A stretch of DNA of 46,683 bases from positions 11,125,830-11,172,512 of the forward strand of contig NC_068990.1 in NCBI RefSeq assembly GCF_001194135.2. The letters run 5' to 3'. The DNA is from Octopus bimaculoides. Taxonomy: Eukaryota. How positions within the stretch are numbered: position 1 is the first letter of the stretch; each line of letters opens with the position of its first letter. Shown here piece by piece: positions 11,791-24,496 of the stretch. Under the pieces are notes generated by a model. That model saw only the letters and a program-made list of their open reading frames with translations. It made no database searches and was not told the origin of the DNA. The translations under genes were made by a program, and so were the position numbers.

Positions 11791-12194
11791 CACAAATTTT
11801 AGAGTTTTTATTAGCTTACTCGACCAGCTAGAAATAGAAGCTAAGTCTGTTTAAAATCAGTTGCAATATCAGAAAGAGAAACTTGAATATAATTATTGTT
11901 TATGCAGAAGTAATCTATATCAATGTTGATATTTTACAATGCTAACTTTATTCTAACTTCGCCGATTATGAAATGAATTATTTTAAATAAACGGTTTTTA
12001 ATTTTAAAAATATTAAAATACTATTTATTATGCTTTTCCTGGGAGAGACAATCTAAATTTCAATATTTTACTCAACTGAAAAATACAAATAGAAGTAAAG
12101 TTAATCAGTTTCTAATTATTTCAAAGACAGATTGTATTTAAACACTAAGTATTAGTAATATTTTACTTAATTTAGATTCGGAATTTTACCAGCA

Positions 12195-12840
12195 ACAAAG
12201 TACGAAAGTAGCTTAGGGTTAAAAGCCGAAATGGCAGGATTCGTCCTAGCTGCCCAAGATCAGAGCTTATTTACAGAAAACTACCAACCAAACATTTTAA
12301 AAAATGAAGCAGACACAAAATGCAAAATGGCTACGAACGAGTCGAGAAAAAAGCCCATTCAGTTTTACGATGCTCCGTTTTGGTTTCAACTGAATACAAA
12401 GGTAGACATCATTGCATTGGTCAATGTATTCATCGAATACTATGCAAACATTATGGTGCAGAACATGCTCAAAATATGATATGAACACCATGCCCTATCA
12501 GCGATTTTATTGGATTTTATAATCCCAAGAGACCCCACTATAATCACCAATCGACTTGATATTACCATTTCAAGATTGGAACACATCAATCCTGATCTTT
12601 GACACATTAGAAAAATGAATTTCCTAAAATGTATCTCGAATAACAACTAAGAAATTGAAATTAGCAGAATACGGCAATTGAAAACACAAACAACTCCCGT
12701 TGTAACTAGTGCAATTGAAATTGTAAAGAAGGGTGTAACTGATTGTGAGCAATTTCAACATCGCTGTTCCAACGTTTATGAAATGCCAAAACTTGATCCC
12801 GACAGCACAGCTCACAATTTATGTAAACGTTTTCTTTGTT
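12195..12840 (+). mobile_element. R4/Dong-type non-LTR retrotransposon 3' fragment (zinc-knuckle/RLE region)
   Basis: GLKAEMAGFVLAAQDQSLFTENYQPNILKNEADTKCK, ILLDFIIPRDPTIITNRLDI, EIEISRIRQLKTQTTPVVTSAI and STAHNL match the R4-clade C-terminus, with frameshifts. Confidence 0.8.
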
Positions 12841-13185
12841 ATACCTAAGAAATTAAAACTGAATTTAACTTTAGTAATATGTATCATTATTTTCTATCAT
12901 TTAAAATTATACTTATGTTTTCTAAGTCTAACTTCATTTTATAAGCTTTTAGAGCTACATTATGTTGTAAAATGCTAAGAGAACATAACAATACACATCC
13001 TAGGTTTCAGTGTGATATGCAATATTTTATTTTATAGGCCCTGGAGAGATGCAATGCAAAGGTAACCTCAGTAGGATTTGAACTCAGAGAGTAAAGACCT
13101 GGAAGAAATGCCGCGAAGCATTTTCTCCGATGCAGTGATTCTGACGTCTCGCAACCTTTAATAGTTTCATATAGCTTGACTCAGT

Positions 13186-13445
13186 GGAGGCGCGTGGCTT
13201 AGTGGTTAGGGTGTCAGCATCATGATCGTAAGATTGTGGTTTCGATTCCTGGACCGGGCGCCGCGTTGTATTCTTGAGCAAACATTTCATTTCGCGTTGC
13301 TCCAGTCCACTCAACTGGCAAAAATGAGTAACGCTCGATGGACTGGCGTCCTTTCCAGCTGGGGAACGCATACGCAATTGAAACCGGGAAACCAAGCCCA
13401 TGAGCCTGGCTAGGCTTTAAAAGGGCGCATTTATTTTTTTATTTA
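13186..13445 (+). mobile_element. tRNA-derived CORE-like SINE (family B)
   Basis: A box TGGCTTAGTGG, B box GGTTTCGATTCC, and CTTGAGCAA...GCTCCAGTCCACTCA core. Confidence 0.85.
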
Positions 13446-13599
13446 TATCTTGACTCTAGGCAACAATTTAGCAAGAATGTCTAAGTCATTTACATTGACC
13501 CCAGTACTTGACTGACGCTTTTTCTATCGACTCTGGGTACAGACAGCTATTAGTACTGCAGAGTGATATGTAAAAGGAAAAAGAAATGAGAGAATGTCA

Positions 13600-14250
13600 T
13601 TAAAGCATACAAGAGAAAGATTAAGTGGGTGCGCAAAATAAAACTACGTCGGGATAATATTATCAAACTAATGAATATATGAGGCATACCAGTATTAAGA
13701 TATTCCGTTTCTTTTCTAAAACTGACAATGGCAGAACTACTGAAAGCTACTCATTGTGCACAAAACACTGAAAGTAATTTCGACAGGCTCTATCTACCAA
13801 GAAGGAAAGGTGGTAGGGTAAAGGTGGTTTGTTATACGCTGAAGTCATCGTTAGTATTGTACAGTGAAGAAAATATACTGTCGGTGACTAGAAATGTTCA
13901 AAATGCAGAGTGGGAAGATTTTATGGTTCACGTCAGAGGCGCAAGAGGCAAAATCACTAGGAACCTGGTAGCACGTCAACCAACTATAATTACAATGTAC
14001 TTTCTTCTGCCTTACTCCGTCACTCGTTTATCTTCTCCCATCCATTATTACAACCAACGTTAACCATTTAACAAAATAAGCACGTGATTAGAACATCAAG
14101 GAAAAGGAGCACCAGAGAAAGGGTAAATGGTGTGCGATCCAAAAGAAATCACTCTAAACTTGCTAAAATAATATTTGAAGTGGATTATATAATCGGAAAT
14201 ATAATTCCCAAGTGTTCATGGTGTTATGGTGAGGAGCTGATCAAAGACTT
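13600..14250 (+). mobile_element. second R4/Dong-type fragment
   Basis: NFDRLYLPRRKGGR matches the DVDRLYLPRKEGGRG motif downstream of the RT domain; the rest is heavily decayed. Confidence 0.6.
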
Positions 14251-14619
14251 TGTGATTTAAATAAACTTTGGAAAAAACTAAATAATATTTGTAAAAATAA
14301 TATTTGGAAAAATATAAATAAATGGAAGTATACAAAAAAGACTATTTTCCATCGCACTATAAGTTTTGTTGCATTTTAAAATATTAAAATCTATTTTGTA
14401 CAATTGTTTATATTTTGAATTACGTATATATGAGTACACTAAAATCTTTTAATTGTTTCATTGTTTAAGGCCTTTATGGGTATTAATCTATTCTGCTTAC
14501 ATCAATAGGAATAAGACTACAGTTTTTCACTCTCATAAAACTTTCTTTTCTGGTGCTATTTTTTTTAAACAACGTATTTGTTGTGGATAATTCTTGAGCG
14601 TCATTGGTTTTGAATTTAT

Positions 14620-15495
14620 CTACTATACAAGATATCTTGAAAGAATTCATGAACTGAAGACTGGAAGCAGTAATGCAAAGGAAACCATAAAAGGATTGTG
14701 CTAGATAAGAAATTTAATGTTTTAAAAGGGATTCGTGCGGATGTAAAAAAATCAGCCACATTGTCAGAACATTAAATTGTGTAACATCTACAATGAAATA
14801 ATGCGTGGCAATAGAGTCATAAGCTCAAAGATCTTCTCCATTAACTACGCGGACTTTATTTTCCTCATAGATCTAATGTTATGCTTTTGAGAGTATGGAT
14901 CGATGATCAGACTTGATGTAATGTGTTGATAAGCGCCATGGTAATTTAAACAAAGTCAAATGTTTGTATGAGGATTTCCAGGAAAAGGAAAGTGAAATGT
15001 CTAATGAGAAACCTTATCTGACTAGTAAAATCTAGTATGAAAAGTTTAAGCACTTGAATTTGCCAAACATAGGAATGGTTAATGAAGCTGGTAATGATAA
15101 TATAGAGGCTGCTACTAATTATCCTGAGCTGCTGAGGAAAATTATTTTTCAAGAGGGCTACCAGAACAAGAACACAATGTTGATGTAACTTCACTTTTTG
15201 GGATGTTAACGCTGATGGAAATGTTATTTCTCGAGAAGAAAAATCAACACAAAGATTTAAATCTTCCAGAAATCGTTGTGCGTTTCTTCCGAGAAGAAAT
15301 ACCGCTGGTGATATGAAATAATAGCCTCTACTCATGTATTACTCTGAAAAATCAAAAGACTTCTAAGGTTTATGCAAAGTTTCAGTTACCTCTGATCTGG
15401 GACATTCAAATGAGTAAGCATGGCTGACTTAGTGGTTCTTCGAAGACTGGTTTCCGAACATTTCTTTTGCTTTTTGTCCTGCTGTAGAAATGTAT
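14620..15495 (+). pseudogene. pogo/Tigger transposase relic (CENP-B HTH plus start of DDE domain)
   Basis: RVWIDDQT, EAATNYPELLRKII, NVDVTSLF, ISREEKSTQRFKSSRNR and NTAGDMK**PLLMYYSEKSKDF...AWLT*WFFEDWF...PAVEMYC are collinear with Tigger1 transposase. Confidence 0.85.
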
Positions 15496-15504
15496 TGTGC
15501 GATA

Positions 15505-16152
15505 TATAATGGTTTCAAATTTTGGACGCAAAGTCATCATTTCAGAGAGGGGGTAAGTTAGTTACATCGACACCAAGGCTCAACTGGTACTTATTTTATT
15601 AACCCCAAAATGATAACAGATGAAGTCGGCCTCGGTAGAATTTGAACTCAGTAAATAAAAACGGACAAAATGCCACCAACGATACTGTGAGCGCACTGCC
15701 TTTATTGTACCATACATAATATTCATTTCTTTATTGCCCACAAGGAGCCAAACATAGAGGGGACAAACAAGGTCAGACAAAGGGATCAAGTTGCTAACAT
15801 CGACCCCTGTGCGTAAATGGTTCTCATTTAATCGACCCCGAAAGGATGAAAGGCAAAGTCGACCTCGGCGGAATTTGAACTCCGAACGTAACGGCAGACG
15901 AAATACCGCTAAGCATTGCGCCCGGCGTGCTAACTATTCTGCCAGCTCGCCATACATAATAATTCCGAAAAGGCATTACTGAGTTCAAATTCAGTCGAGG
16001 TCAACTTTGCCTTTCATTCCTTCGGGGCCGATGAAATAAATACAAGTTACGCACTTAAGTCAATGAAATCGACTAGCTCCATCCCCTAAAAGTTTCCAAC
16101 CTTGTGCCTATAATAAAAAGGACTATTATTATTATTATTATTATTATTATTA
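15505..16152. mobile_element. three family-A SINE copies (15505-15700 -, 15727-15952 -, 15979-16152 +)
   Basis: Shared block GAGGTCGACTTTGCCTTTCATCCTTTCGGGGTCGA...AAGTACCAG and GGCGAGCTGGCAGAA head. Confidence 0.85.
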
Positions 16153-17246
16153 CGTATTTAAATAATTTTAATTATTTTACCACGCAATTTAGCCGCTATA
16201 CGTTCAGTCGTTAGCAATGATAGCCAATTCTTTTAATCCCACTCACTTATTCAAAATAACAACAACGACAACAAATAGCATGAACAATTATAATTTCAAC
16301 ACAAAATACACAGCACAAACAACATCAGGATTTAAAAAGGATTTTTCTCAATTTTGTTTTGACGTTTCGTGTTTTATAAACAACTGAGTGTATTCTTTTG
16401 ATAAAAGTGAAACACTGACAAATGAAAAGAATGGTGTATATACAAAAATAACTTCGCTATTCTGAATGGCCGAAACGAACAAAAAGAAGCTTAAGAGTAG
16501 GTTATTATTATAGATAAGATAAGTACTATAACCTGTGATTTTCATTTCTCAACAGCGACGTTTAGTTAACTTATTAAGATAGCATCGTAGAAAATACATT
16601 ATAAATTTCCAAATTTCGGCATCAGTCGTGACAAGAAATTGTAAAATGCGTGATATACCTGATATTCAATTTGCTTTAGAATTTTTAAATTCTTTTAATA
16701 TAATAACTATGGAGTCCATAAGTATATAACTGTGTGTATATACATGTGTGTGTGTGTGGGTGGGTGTAAGTATATAGATATATATATACACGCATGTATG
16801 TATGTATATGTAACAATCTTTCAATTTTATTTTATATAGAATGTCTGGACAGACATCTCACTTACGAAGTCTTTTAAATTATTTCTTTCTCTATTTTTCG
16901 AAATGAGTTGTCAATTTTCTATCACTTTGACATGTATCACATTTTTTTCTAAAATAACCTATGTCTTATTTTCTTCAATGCTACAAATATGAAATAATAA
17001 CCTTATTTATGATAAAAACCTACATTCAAACATTTATTTATTCAGCTGCGTCAAGTTATTTTCTATATTCAATATTATTGTTGGGTTTAGTTTTAATCGT
17101 GCACTTATTCAATAGAAATATCTTCCAACTACGATGTGAACAAAAATTCCCCAAAACTCCCATTTAACACATTCTTTGCCCAACTCTCAATGAATGTTAC
17201 GCTTGGGACTCCCGATTCTTTTGTAGGGGGAGTGGAAGTTACTTAT

Positions 17247-17848
17247 CTTTCTTATTTCTTTATTGCCCACAAGGGTGGATGCGCAATGGCCCAGTGGTTA
17301 GGGCGGCGGTCATAGGATCGCGGTTTCGATTCCCAGACCGGGCGTTGTGAGTGTTTATTGAGCGAAAACACCTAAAGCTCCACGAGGCTCCGGCAGGGGA
17401 TGGTGGTGAACCCTGCTGTACTCTTTCACCACAACTTTCTCTCACTCTTACTTCCTGTTTCTGCTGTGCCTGTAATACAAAGGGTCAGCCTTGTCACACT
17501 GTGTCACGCTGAATATCCCCGAGAACTACGTTAAGGGTACACGTGTCTGTGGAGTGCTCAGCCACTTGCACGTTAATTTCACGAGCAGGCTGTTCCGTTG
17601 ATCGGATCAACTGGAACCCTCGACGTCGCCCACAAGGGGTTAAACATAGAGGGGGACAAACAAGGACGGACAAACGGATTAAGTCGATTACATCGACCCC
17701 AGTCGTAACTGGTACTTAATTTATCGACCCCGAAAGGATGAAAGACAAGGTCGACCTCGGCGGAATTTGAACTCAGAACATAACGGCAGACGAAATACTG
17801 TCAAGCATTTCGCCCGGCGTGCTAACGTTTCTGCCAGCTCGACGCCCT
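17247..17848 (-). mobile_element. family-A SINE split by a nested SINE
   Basis: Tail at 17247-17275; body resumes at 17628-17848. Confidence 0.9.
17276..17627 (+). mobile_element. family-C tRNA-derived SINE nested with 11-bp TSD GCCCACAAGGG
   Basis: TSD at 17265-17275 and 17628-17638; A/B boxes; 3' body shared with copies at 24989 and 25446. Confidence 0.9.
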
Positions 17849-17963
17849 TCCCAACAATTATATTTGTTGACATTTGTGCATCTGCACAAATTTCTGATAA
17901 TGTAACAGATGGATAGCCACAGCGATTGTTGGGCATTTTAATGCCTTTAAACAAACCTCGATG

Positions 17964-18120
17964 ACACAATAACAACTATTACTTTATTGACGTTTCTGGT
18001 TCTAAATCTGCAGCGTAATCACAAGAGGGACATTATGTCTACTGGATTATGCGCAGCTAATTTTCCTAATAAAGGGTATGAAATTTGTAATAATGACACA
18101 CACAAAAATTACTATCATGT
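17964..18120. repeat. 157-bp direct repeat, copy 1
   Basis: About 95% identical to 20627-20783. Confidence 0.9.
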
Positions 18121-18199
18121 CATGGGCTAAGGAAAATTCTGCATTTGATTCGCTCGATCTACTAAAAGTAATTGTTTCTAGCATAGGCACAGAAAAAAA

Positions 18200-19170
18200 G
18201 CGGCGAGCAAGCAAAATCGTCTTCACGCTGGGCAAAATGTTTCAAATTCCACCGAGGTCGGCTTTACCTTTCAGTTTTTAAGGGACGATAGAATAAGTAC
18301 CTGTTGAACATTGTAATCGACTTACCCCACTCTCCCAAAATTGCTGGCCTTGTGCCAAAATGGGAAATCAATATAGGCACAAGGCCTGAAAGTTGAGGTA
18401 AGGCGCTAGGCGAGTACATCGACCCCAATATTTCAATGCCATTATATTTTATCCACAGGCGGAGAGCTGGCAGAAACGTTAGCCGGGCTAAATTCTTCGT
18501 GATATTTCGTCTGTCGCTGCGTTCCGATTTCGATTTCTGCCGATGTCGACTTTGCCTTTCATCCTTTCAGGGTCGATAAATTAAGTATCAGTAAAACATG
18601 GAGGTCGATGTAATCGACTTAACCCATTTCCACAAAACTTCAGGCTTTGTGCCTATATTATTATTATAAGGCGGCGAGCAGGCAGAAATGTTAGCACGCC
18701 GGGCGGAATGCTTAGCGGTATTTCGTCTGCCGTTACGTTCTGAGTTCAAATTCTGCCCAGGTTGATTTTGCCTTTCATCCTTTCGGGGTCGATAAATTAA
18801 GTACCAGTTACGCACTGGGGTGTATGTAATCGACTTAATCCCTTTGTCTGCCCTTGTTTGTCCCTTCTATGTTTAGCCCTTTGTAAGCAATAAAGAAATA
18901 AGAAACGTTAGCACGCCGGGCTAAATGCTTAGCAGTATTCCGTCTGTCTTTACGTTCTGAGTTCAAATTCCGCCAAGATCGACTTTACCTTTCATCATTC
19001 CGGTGTCGATAAATTAAGCACCAGTTGCGTACTGGGGTCGATCTAATCGACTAACGCTCTCCCCCAAAATTCCGTGCCTTGTGCCTAGAGTAGAAAAGAT
19101 TAAAATGTATCTACCTCGAATCGATGAAAGATACCGTTGACCTTAGAGGGATTTGAAATAGGAACGTCCA
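18200..19170. mobile_element. cluster of about six family-A SINE copies/fragments, mostly + strand, including a head-to-tail dimer 18668-19100
   Basis: Repeated GTCGACTTTGCCTTTCATCC core and CTTGTGCC tails. Confidence 0.85.
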
Positions 19171-19479
19171 ATCAGCTAAAAGTAAAAAATAACTACTGAA
19201 ATAACTAAACAATATTGCACATCCCTCCACCCTTTTTGTCAAAAAGCTATTGTTTTTCCAGCTTGTGCCAGAATAGTCATCTTATTTGTTTGAATCACAG
19301 GAACCTTATAAAGGAAGAAAAATAAATAAATACGATTAAATTGCAAGCAGACAAATACATAATCAAAACCACAGGATTTACAAATATGTATAACATACAA
19401 AAGTAACAATACCAGACACTGCACGAAGATACCGTAGAGTAAAGTCAATAACTTAATATATAATCTAGAGTACTGTTAA

Positions 19480-19660
19480 TTGAAAAGCACAATAAACTAT
19501 ACCACATACACAAGGCCCACAGACCTACTGAATAATGTTGTCATGGATATACAAAACTACGAGGTGGTCATGTCTAGAATTATTTTGATCATATGTCTGA
19601 TGATTCGGAATGAACCAGGTGTTATATAATTTCAACAAAGGTTGTTAATAAATAGAATTG
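19480..19660 (+). mobile_element. decayed RTE-type LINE 3' fragment
   Basis: KLRGGHV*...MSDD resembles the QLRWAGHVxRMSDD motif. Confidence 0.35.
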
Positions 19661-20093
19661 CACAATGAATATCAATGATATTTATTATTATTACGACAAA
19701 TACTGTGATAACATTTTCAAATAAGATTAATTAATAATGGAATCAATTATACAAATTTTAATTCCCATCACGAAAATAATAATGAAATGCAATTATTAGT
19801 TATCTCAGATTGTGAATAGGACAATACATGTTATCTAATACAACGCAAAAATACTATTGCATCTATATATATTTCAGTTGTTTGTTACTGATAAAATTCT
19901 ATTAAAAGCGATTGAGATAATATAATGTCCAAGAAGATAAATCAAGAAAGTTTCTTTCGTTTTGAATACATCAAACAAATCTACTCTTTTTTAATTCTCC
20001 AAGACTTATGTAAAATGCACAGACAATAAGAAAGCCTATCCATTGTTGGTGAACATGATGCTACAGAGGTACATACATGCATACATAAATGCG

Positions 20094-20305
20094 TACATCG
20101 ATAAACTGTCCATAATTTATCTTTACAATTTCTATTGTATCATTGGTTGCGTGCAACCAATGAAGCCCACCTGGAAGTGTTCTGATTTTTCTAATAAAAC
20201 TTTATCTGCTTGCCTTATGTTTTCCAATAAACTCAGACGAGTTATTCTCATTTTCCATTTTTCTAAATTTTTAAAATTCTAGAGATAATTTATGGACACT
20301 CTGTA
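20094..20305. mobile_element. Tc1/mariner-type MITE
   Basis: Imperfect inverted ends TGTCCATAATTTATCTTTACAATTT and AAATTCTAGAGATAATTTATGGACA; right end ...ACTCTGTA. Confidence 0.55.
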
Positions 20306-20626
20306 TAATCGAATGTGAGTCTTTAATTATACGTAATACCATAACCAAATCGGTTGCGTAGAACCGAGACTAATTTGCATATTCTTTTAAATTTTTAATA
20401 GTAACGAGTCTAATCAACAAAACCATGTCATAGATTCGTTCGATATTGGGACTTTTTGCATTGTTTTATTCATGCGCAGACAGATCTTAATTCAAAAATC
20501 ATTTCTCGTATTGTGCTGAAAGAGTTTAATGCTGTTTGGTTTTTGATACACCCTCGGTCTACTGAAAATGTATCACCGTGCGTTGCTCTTCTTTGCAGTA
20601 AAAAGAAAGGGATGTCATCATTGTCA

Positions 20627-20783
20627 ACACAATAAAAACTATTACTTTATTGACGTTTCTGGTTCTAAACCTGCAGCGTAGGGACAAGAGGGACATTATG
20701 TCTACTGGATCATGCGCAGCTAATTTTCCTAATAAAGGGTATGAAATTTGTAATAATGACACACACAAAAATTACTATCATGT
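20627..20783. repeat. 157-bp direct repeat, copy 2
   Basis: About 95% identical to 17964-18120. Confidence 0.9.
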
Positions 20784-21176
20784 TATGCGTTAGGCTCATT
20801 ATATCTAGGACTACACAGCTTTCGCGCCTCCTTTTGCGATAATGAGACGTAATTTGATGGAGATTTGTATTGTTTGATTTTTTTGTGAATGAAACAACCG
20901 TGTAGATGCTATTTCGTAATCTAGTATAGTAGGCAAATGTTTTGTGAATACGTGTGTCTCTGTACTAATTAATACAAGCCGGTAATAAACATAAGACCTC
21001 AACGAAGAGTTCTTTTTATTGTGACTGCCAGACCCATAAAGGGAGATTATTATAAAGGCACACATATGTGACATAGAGGCACCACAATACTCAGACACAT
21101 ATGTGACAAAATATTAAAAGAGCGAGCATCTGTGGTAACATATAGATATGTCCCAATAATATTATTGGATTGTCAC

Positions 21177-21665
21177 AAGGCGGTCAGCTGGCAGAATAGT
21201 TACCACGCCGAACAAAAAGCTTAACGACATTTCAGTCATTTTAAAGTTCTGAGTTCAGATTCCGCCGAGGTCAACTTTACCTTTCATCATTTTGGGGTAC
21301 CAGTTGAGTACTGGAGTGGATGTAATCGAGTATCTCCCTGCCCCGAACTTGCTGGACTTGTTCCAAAATTTGAAATAATTATTTTGCTGTGATGATGTGC
21401 TCGAATGTAACGATTTTAACAATTATGAAATGAAATCGAAAACACAATAACAATTTCAAATTTGGCGCAAAATACGCAATTTCAGGAAAGCGGTGTAAGA
21501 CGATTGCATCAACATCTGTGTTTCACTGGTACTTATTTTTTCGACCCCAGAATGACAAAAGGCAAAGTCGACCTCAGCAAAATTTGAACCCAAAACGTGA
21601 AGACGGTCGAAGTGCCGCTAAACATTTTGCCCGGCGTGCTAATGATTCTGCAAGTTCGCCGCCTC
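21177..21665. mobile_element. two family-A SINEs, tail-to-tail (21177-21380 +, 21453-21665 -)
   Basis: Family-A head and core present in both orientations. Confidence 0.8.
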
Positions 21666-22479
21666 AAATAGAAATAAAAGTCTTTAGCATAAAAAATCTT
21701 TAGCATAATTAAACACTTATGCCTCAGAATATAAAATAAGAATATTTGGAAAATACGGCATTTCCACCTGGACGTTATATNNNNNNNNNNNNNNNNNNNN
21801 NNNNNNNNNNNNNNNNNNNNNNNNNNNNNNNNNNNNNNNNNNNNNNNNNNNNNNNNNNNNNNNNNNNNNNNNNNNNNNNNNNNNNNNNNNNNNNNNNNNN
21901 NNNNNNNNNNNNNNNNNNNNNNNNNNNNNNNNNNNNNNNNNNNNNNNNNNNNNNNNNNNNNNNNNNNNNNNNNNNNNNNNNNNNNNNNNNNNNNNNNNNN
22001 NNNNNNNNNNNNNNNNNNNNNNNNNNNNNNNNNNNNNNNNNNNNNNNNNNNNNNNNNNNNNNNNNNNNNNNNNNNNNNNNNNNNNNNNNNNNNNNNNNNN
22101 NNNNCTACAATAGTGCCTCGTTCCCTGTAAAGGTTAAATGAACAACCTCTAAATACAGTGGATAAATGAGAATGATCCAGTTTCATGACTAATAATAGTC
22201 GTTCACTTGAATGCAATGTCCCAGCTTTTAGCATACTTGAGTCTAGAAACTCCTGTTTAAATCTATAAAAGGTGGATAAACGTCGTCTTGAAATAAACTT
22301 TGCGCCAGTTTATTGGTTAAATAGAATCATTTTTCCCTTCTGTTCACACCTACATCGGTGCCTAAAACAATTGCAAAGAGAAAGTCAGTAAGGAGAAACA
22401 AATGGCAGATGTAGCATGCATAGGAAACTGAGGTGTGACAGCCACGGATAAACGAAAGTGAGAACTGCTCAAGTTCCTT

Positions 22480-23400
22480 CTCGAACACTTGCTCAAATTA
22501 TCAGGTAGCACTATATAGGGATCGCTGTACATACTCTAATCCGAGAAATAAAGGGAGAATGAAACCCGCTCTTGCATCTTAGCTTAACCCGACTGGGGTA
22601 TGTCTCGCATTTCTGTGGTCAAAATAAATCAAGAAAATACATCAAAGTGATTTTTGTCACTTGGAATGTCAGAATAATGTTGAATATAACAAATTCAGGA
22701 ACGTTCGAATAAAGTAGTTCGACGGGTAATAGGAAATCGATATTGTTTGGTATAGAACACTGATGTACTGTCAAAACATGACTGAAAAGACAGAAAAGTT
22801 ACAAAAATAAAATTACAAGTTCTGCTGGTCACAAAGAGTGGGTCCTGTACAAAGCAAGTATTCCACCTTGCTATCGCAAACACCGTATCAATACATTTTT
22901 ATCGTTTCCTATTGCTATATCCGACAGGGTGATGAAGACAGGATTAGCTCTGACAGAAAATCGAAATATAACTGATTTTGGTGTCCATACTCCTATAATG
23001 ACAAAGCAGAATAAGGAGCATTTCCTCGATTTACTACGTTATAACGTGAGTATTGTGGTAACAATTGACAAACCACTGGAGCTCGGAGATTTCAATGCAA
23101 GAAAGCAAAGAAATTGTCAAACATAGGATCAAACTTCATGTCATTTCAGAAAAGGTAATTTTCAATTTCAATGGCAAAACTCTAAGCTGAAATATGCGCC
23201 AAATATAACGCTTTCTTCCTGTCTCTTGAAAAGTAATTTTCTCTCTGGTAGTATCCTCGCTCCAAACAACGGCATCTGTTGGACAATGTATTGTACCTGC
23301 AAGAAAACATTGCAAATTTAAGATGTACACGTGGCATAAGAAATGATTGTCTCACCTATCAAGTACTCATAAATGACAAAAGTGTTTAAAATAATCACGA
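22480..23400 (+). mobile_element. RTE-clade LINE 5' fragment (end of 5' UTR plus APE endonuclease relic)
   Basis: FVTWNVRIML, PIAISDRVMKTGLALTENRNIT and IDKPLELGDFNARK correspond to APE motifs TWNVRT and GDFNAR. Confidence 0.8.
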
Positions 23401-23549
23401 CTTTCTTTTTTCTCTAATAAAACAACTGCTCCTGCGATTGCGAAATACCGTTATTAAATGTTCAGAATTTATGCATGCATGTAGAACCTTCTAAACGGTA
23501 GTGTTTATTTAGGTGTGTCAGTTTCAGATCGTGGGATTGTTTTTTAGTG

Positions 23550-24110
23550 ATTCACAAATCAGGAAGTAAATAGGTAGAGAAAGGTTTTTGGTCAGCACAT
23601 GTGCCATAGGTCTTAGTCATTTTGGGTTTCATTGGATTTAACTAAATGTAGAGCTCAAATTTAAGAATTTAATTCAGCATATAAAACCTTAGCAATGTGC
23701 TGTGTCAGCTTAATTGTAATAAAATTGTTAAGGGTTCACAAAATATGTAAGTATGTTTTAGTTGGTCAAGAGTTTCTTTCTTTGCCGTTGATGTTATTTA
23801 GGGTTTTTCCTGTTTTTTTTTTTTATTTGGAAGGTAAAGATTATTAGTCGAGCGTGTCATCGTGTCGTTAGCATAGACATTTATTGATCCCGTGCTTTAA
23901 AATTCAGGAGAAGATGTGGATAGGTGTAAAGGTTGTTGGTCAGTATATTTCTCTCTGAGAATTCGTTGTTCAATAAGCAATTTGATTAATATGTAGAAAT
24001 TTTCAAACTTAGTATCTTATTGAGGCAGGGTTTGTTCACTATAAATTTATAAATATTTCTTCAATTCTGTTTCACAATTTGGGTATTTCATAATTCAATA
24101 TGTCAGGCGC
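23550..24110 (-). mobile_element. highly decayed CR1/L2-like reverse-transcriptase fragment
   Basis: INVYANDT resembles the YADD catalytic motif; surrounding frames are broken. Confidence 0.35.
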
Positions 24111-24496
24111 TTGGATATGTATGGATGTAAAGCATTATAAAAAGTGAGTATATACTCATGTATAGAAATACGAATAAAGATAAATTTTAATTTTAAAAAA
24201 TATAAAGAACTAAGAAAACATTTTTAAAGCTTTCAATCAGTTGCTTGTTTGTCAATGTCATTTTGTTGCTATTGGCGACCTCATCAATGACATTCCCTCT
24301 TTCTTCACGACCTATTTTGAGTCTCTAAATTCTAAATTATTTTATATATGTTAACAAATCATTTAAATTTAAATTTTAGAATTAATTTTTTATTAATATT
24401 TTAAGAAATTAATTCGTACACTATTTTGATAGAATTTGGATATAGGCTTTTGTTAAAAAGTCAGTTTTGCAGTAATTTGGTTTTAGTATCACAAAG

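Noticed and set aside
15195-15240. EF-hand-like DVNADGNVISREE
   Set aside because: Wrong loop spacing; it lies in the pogo transposase relic.
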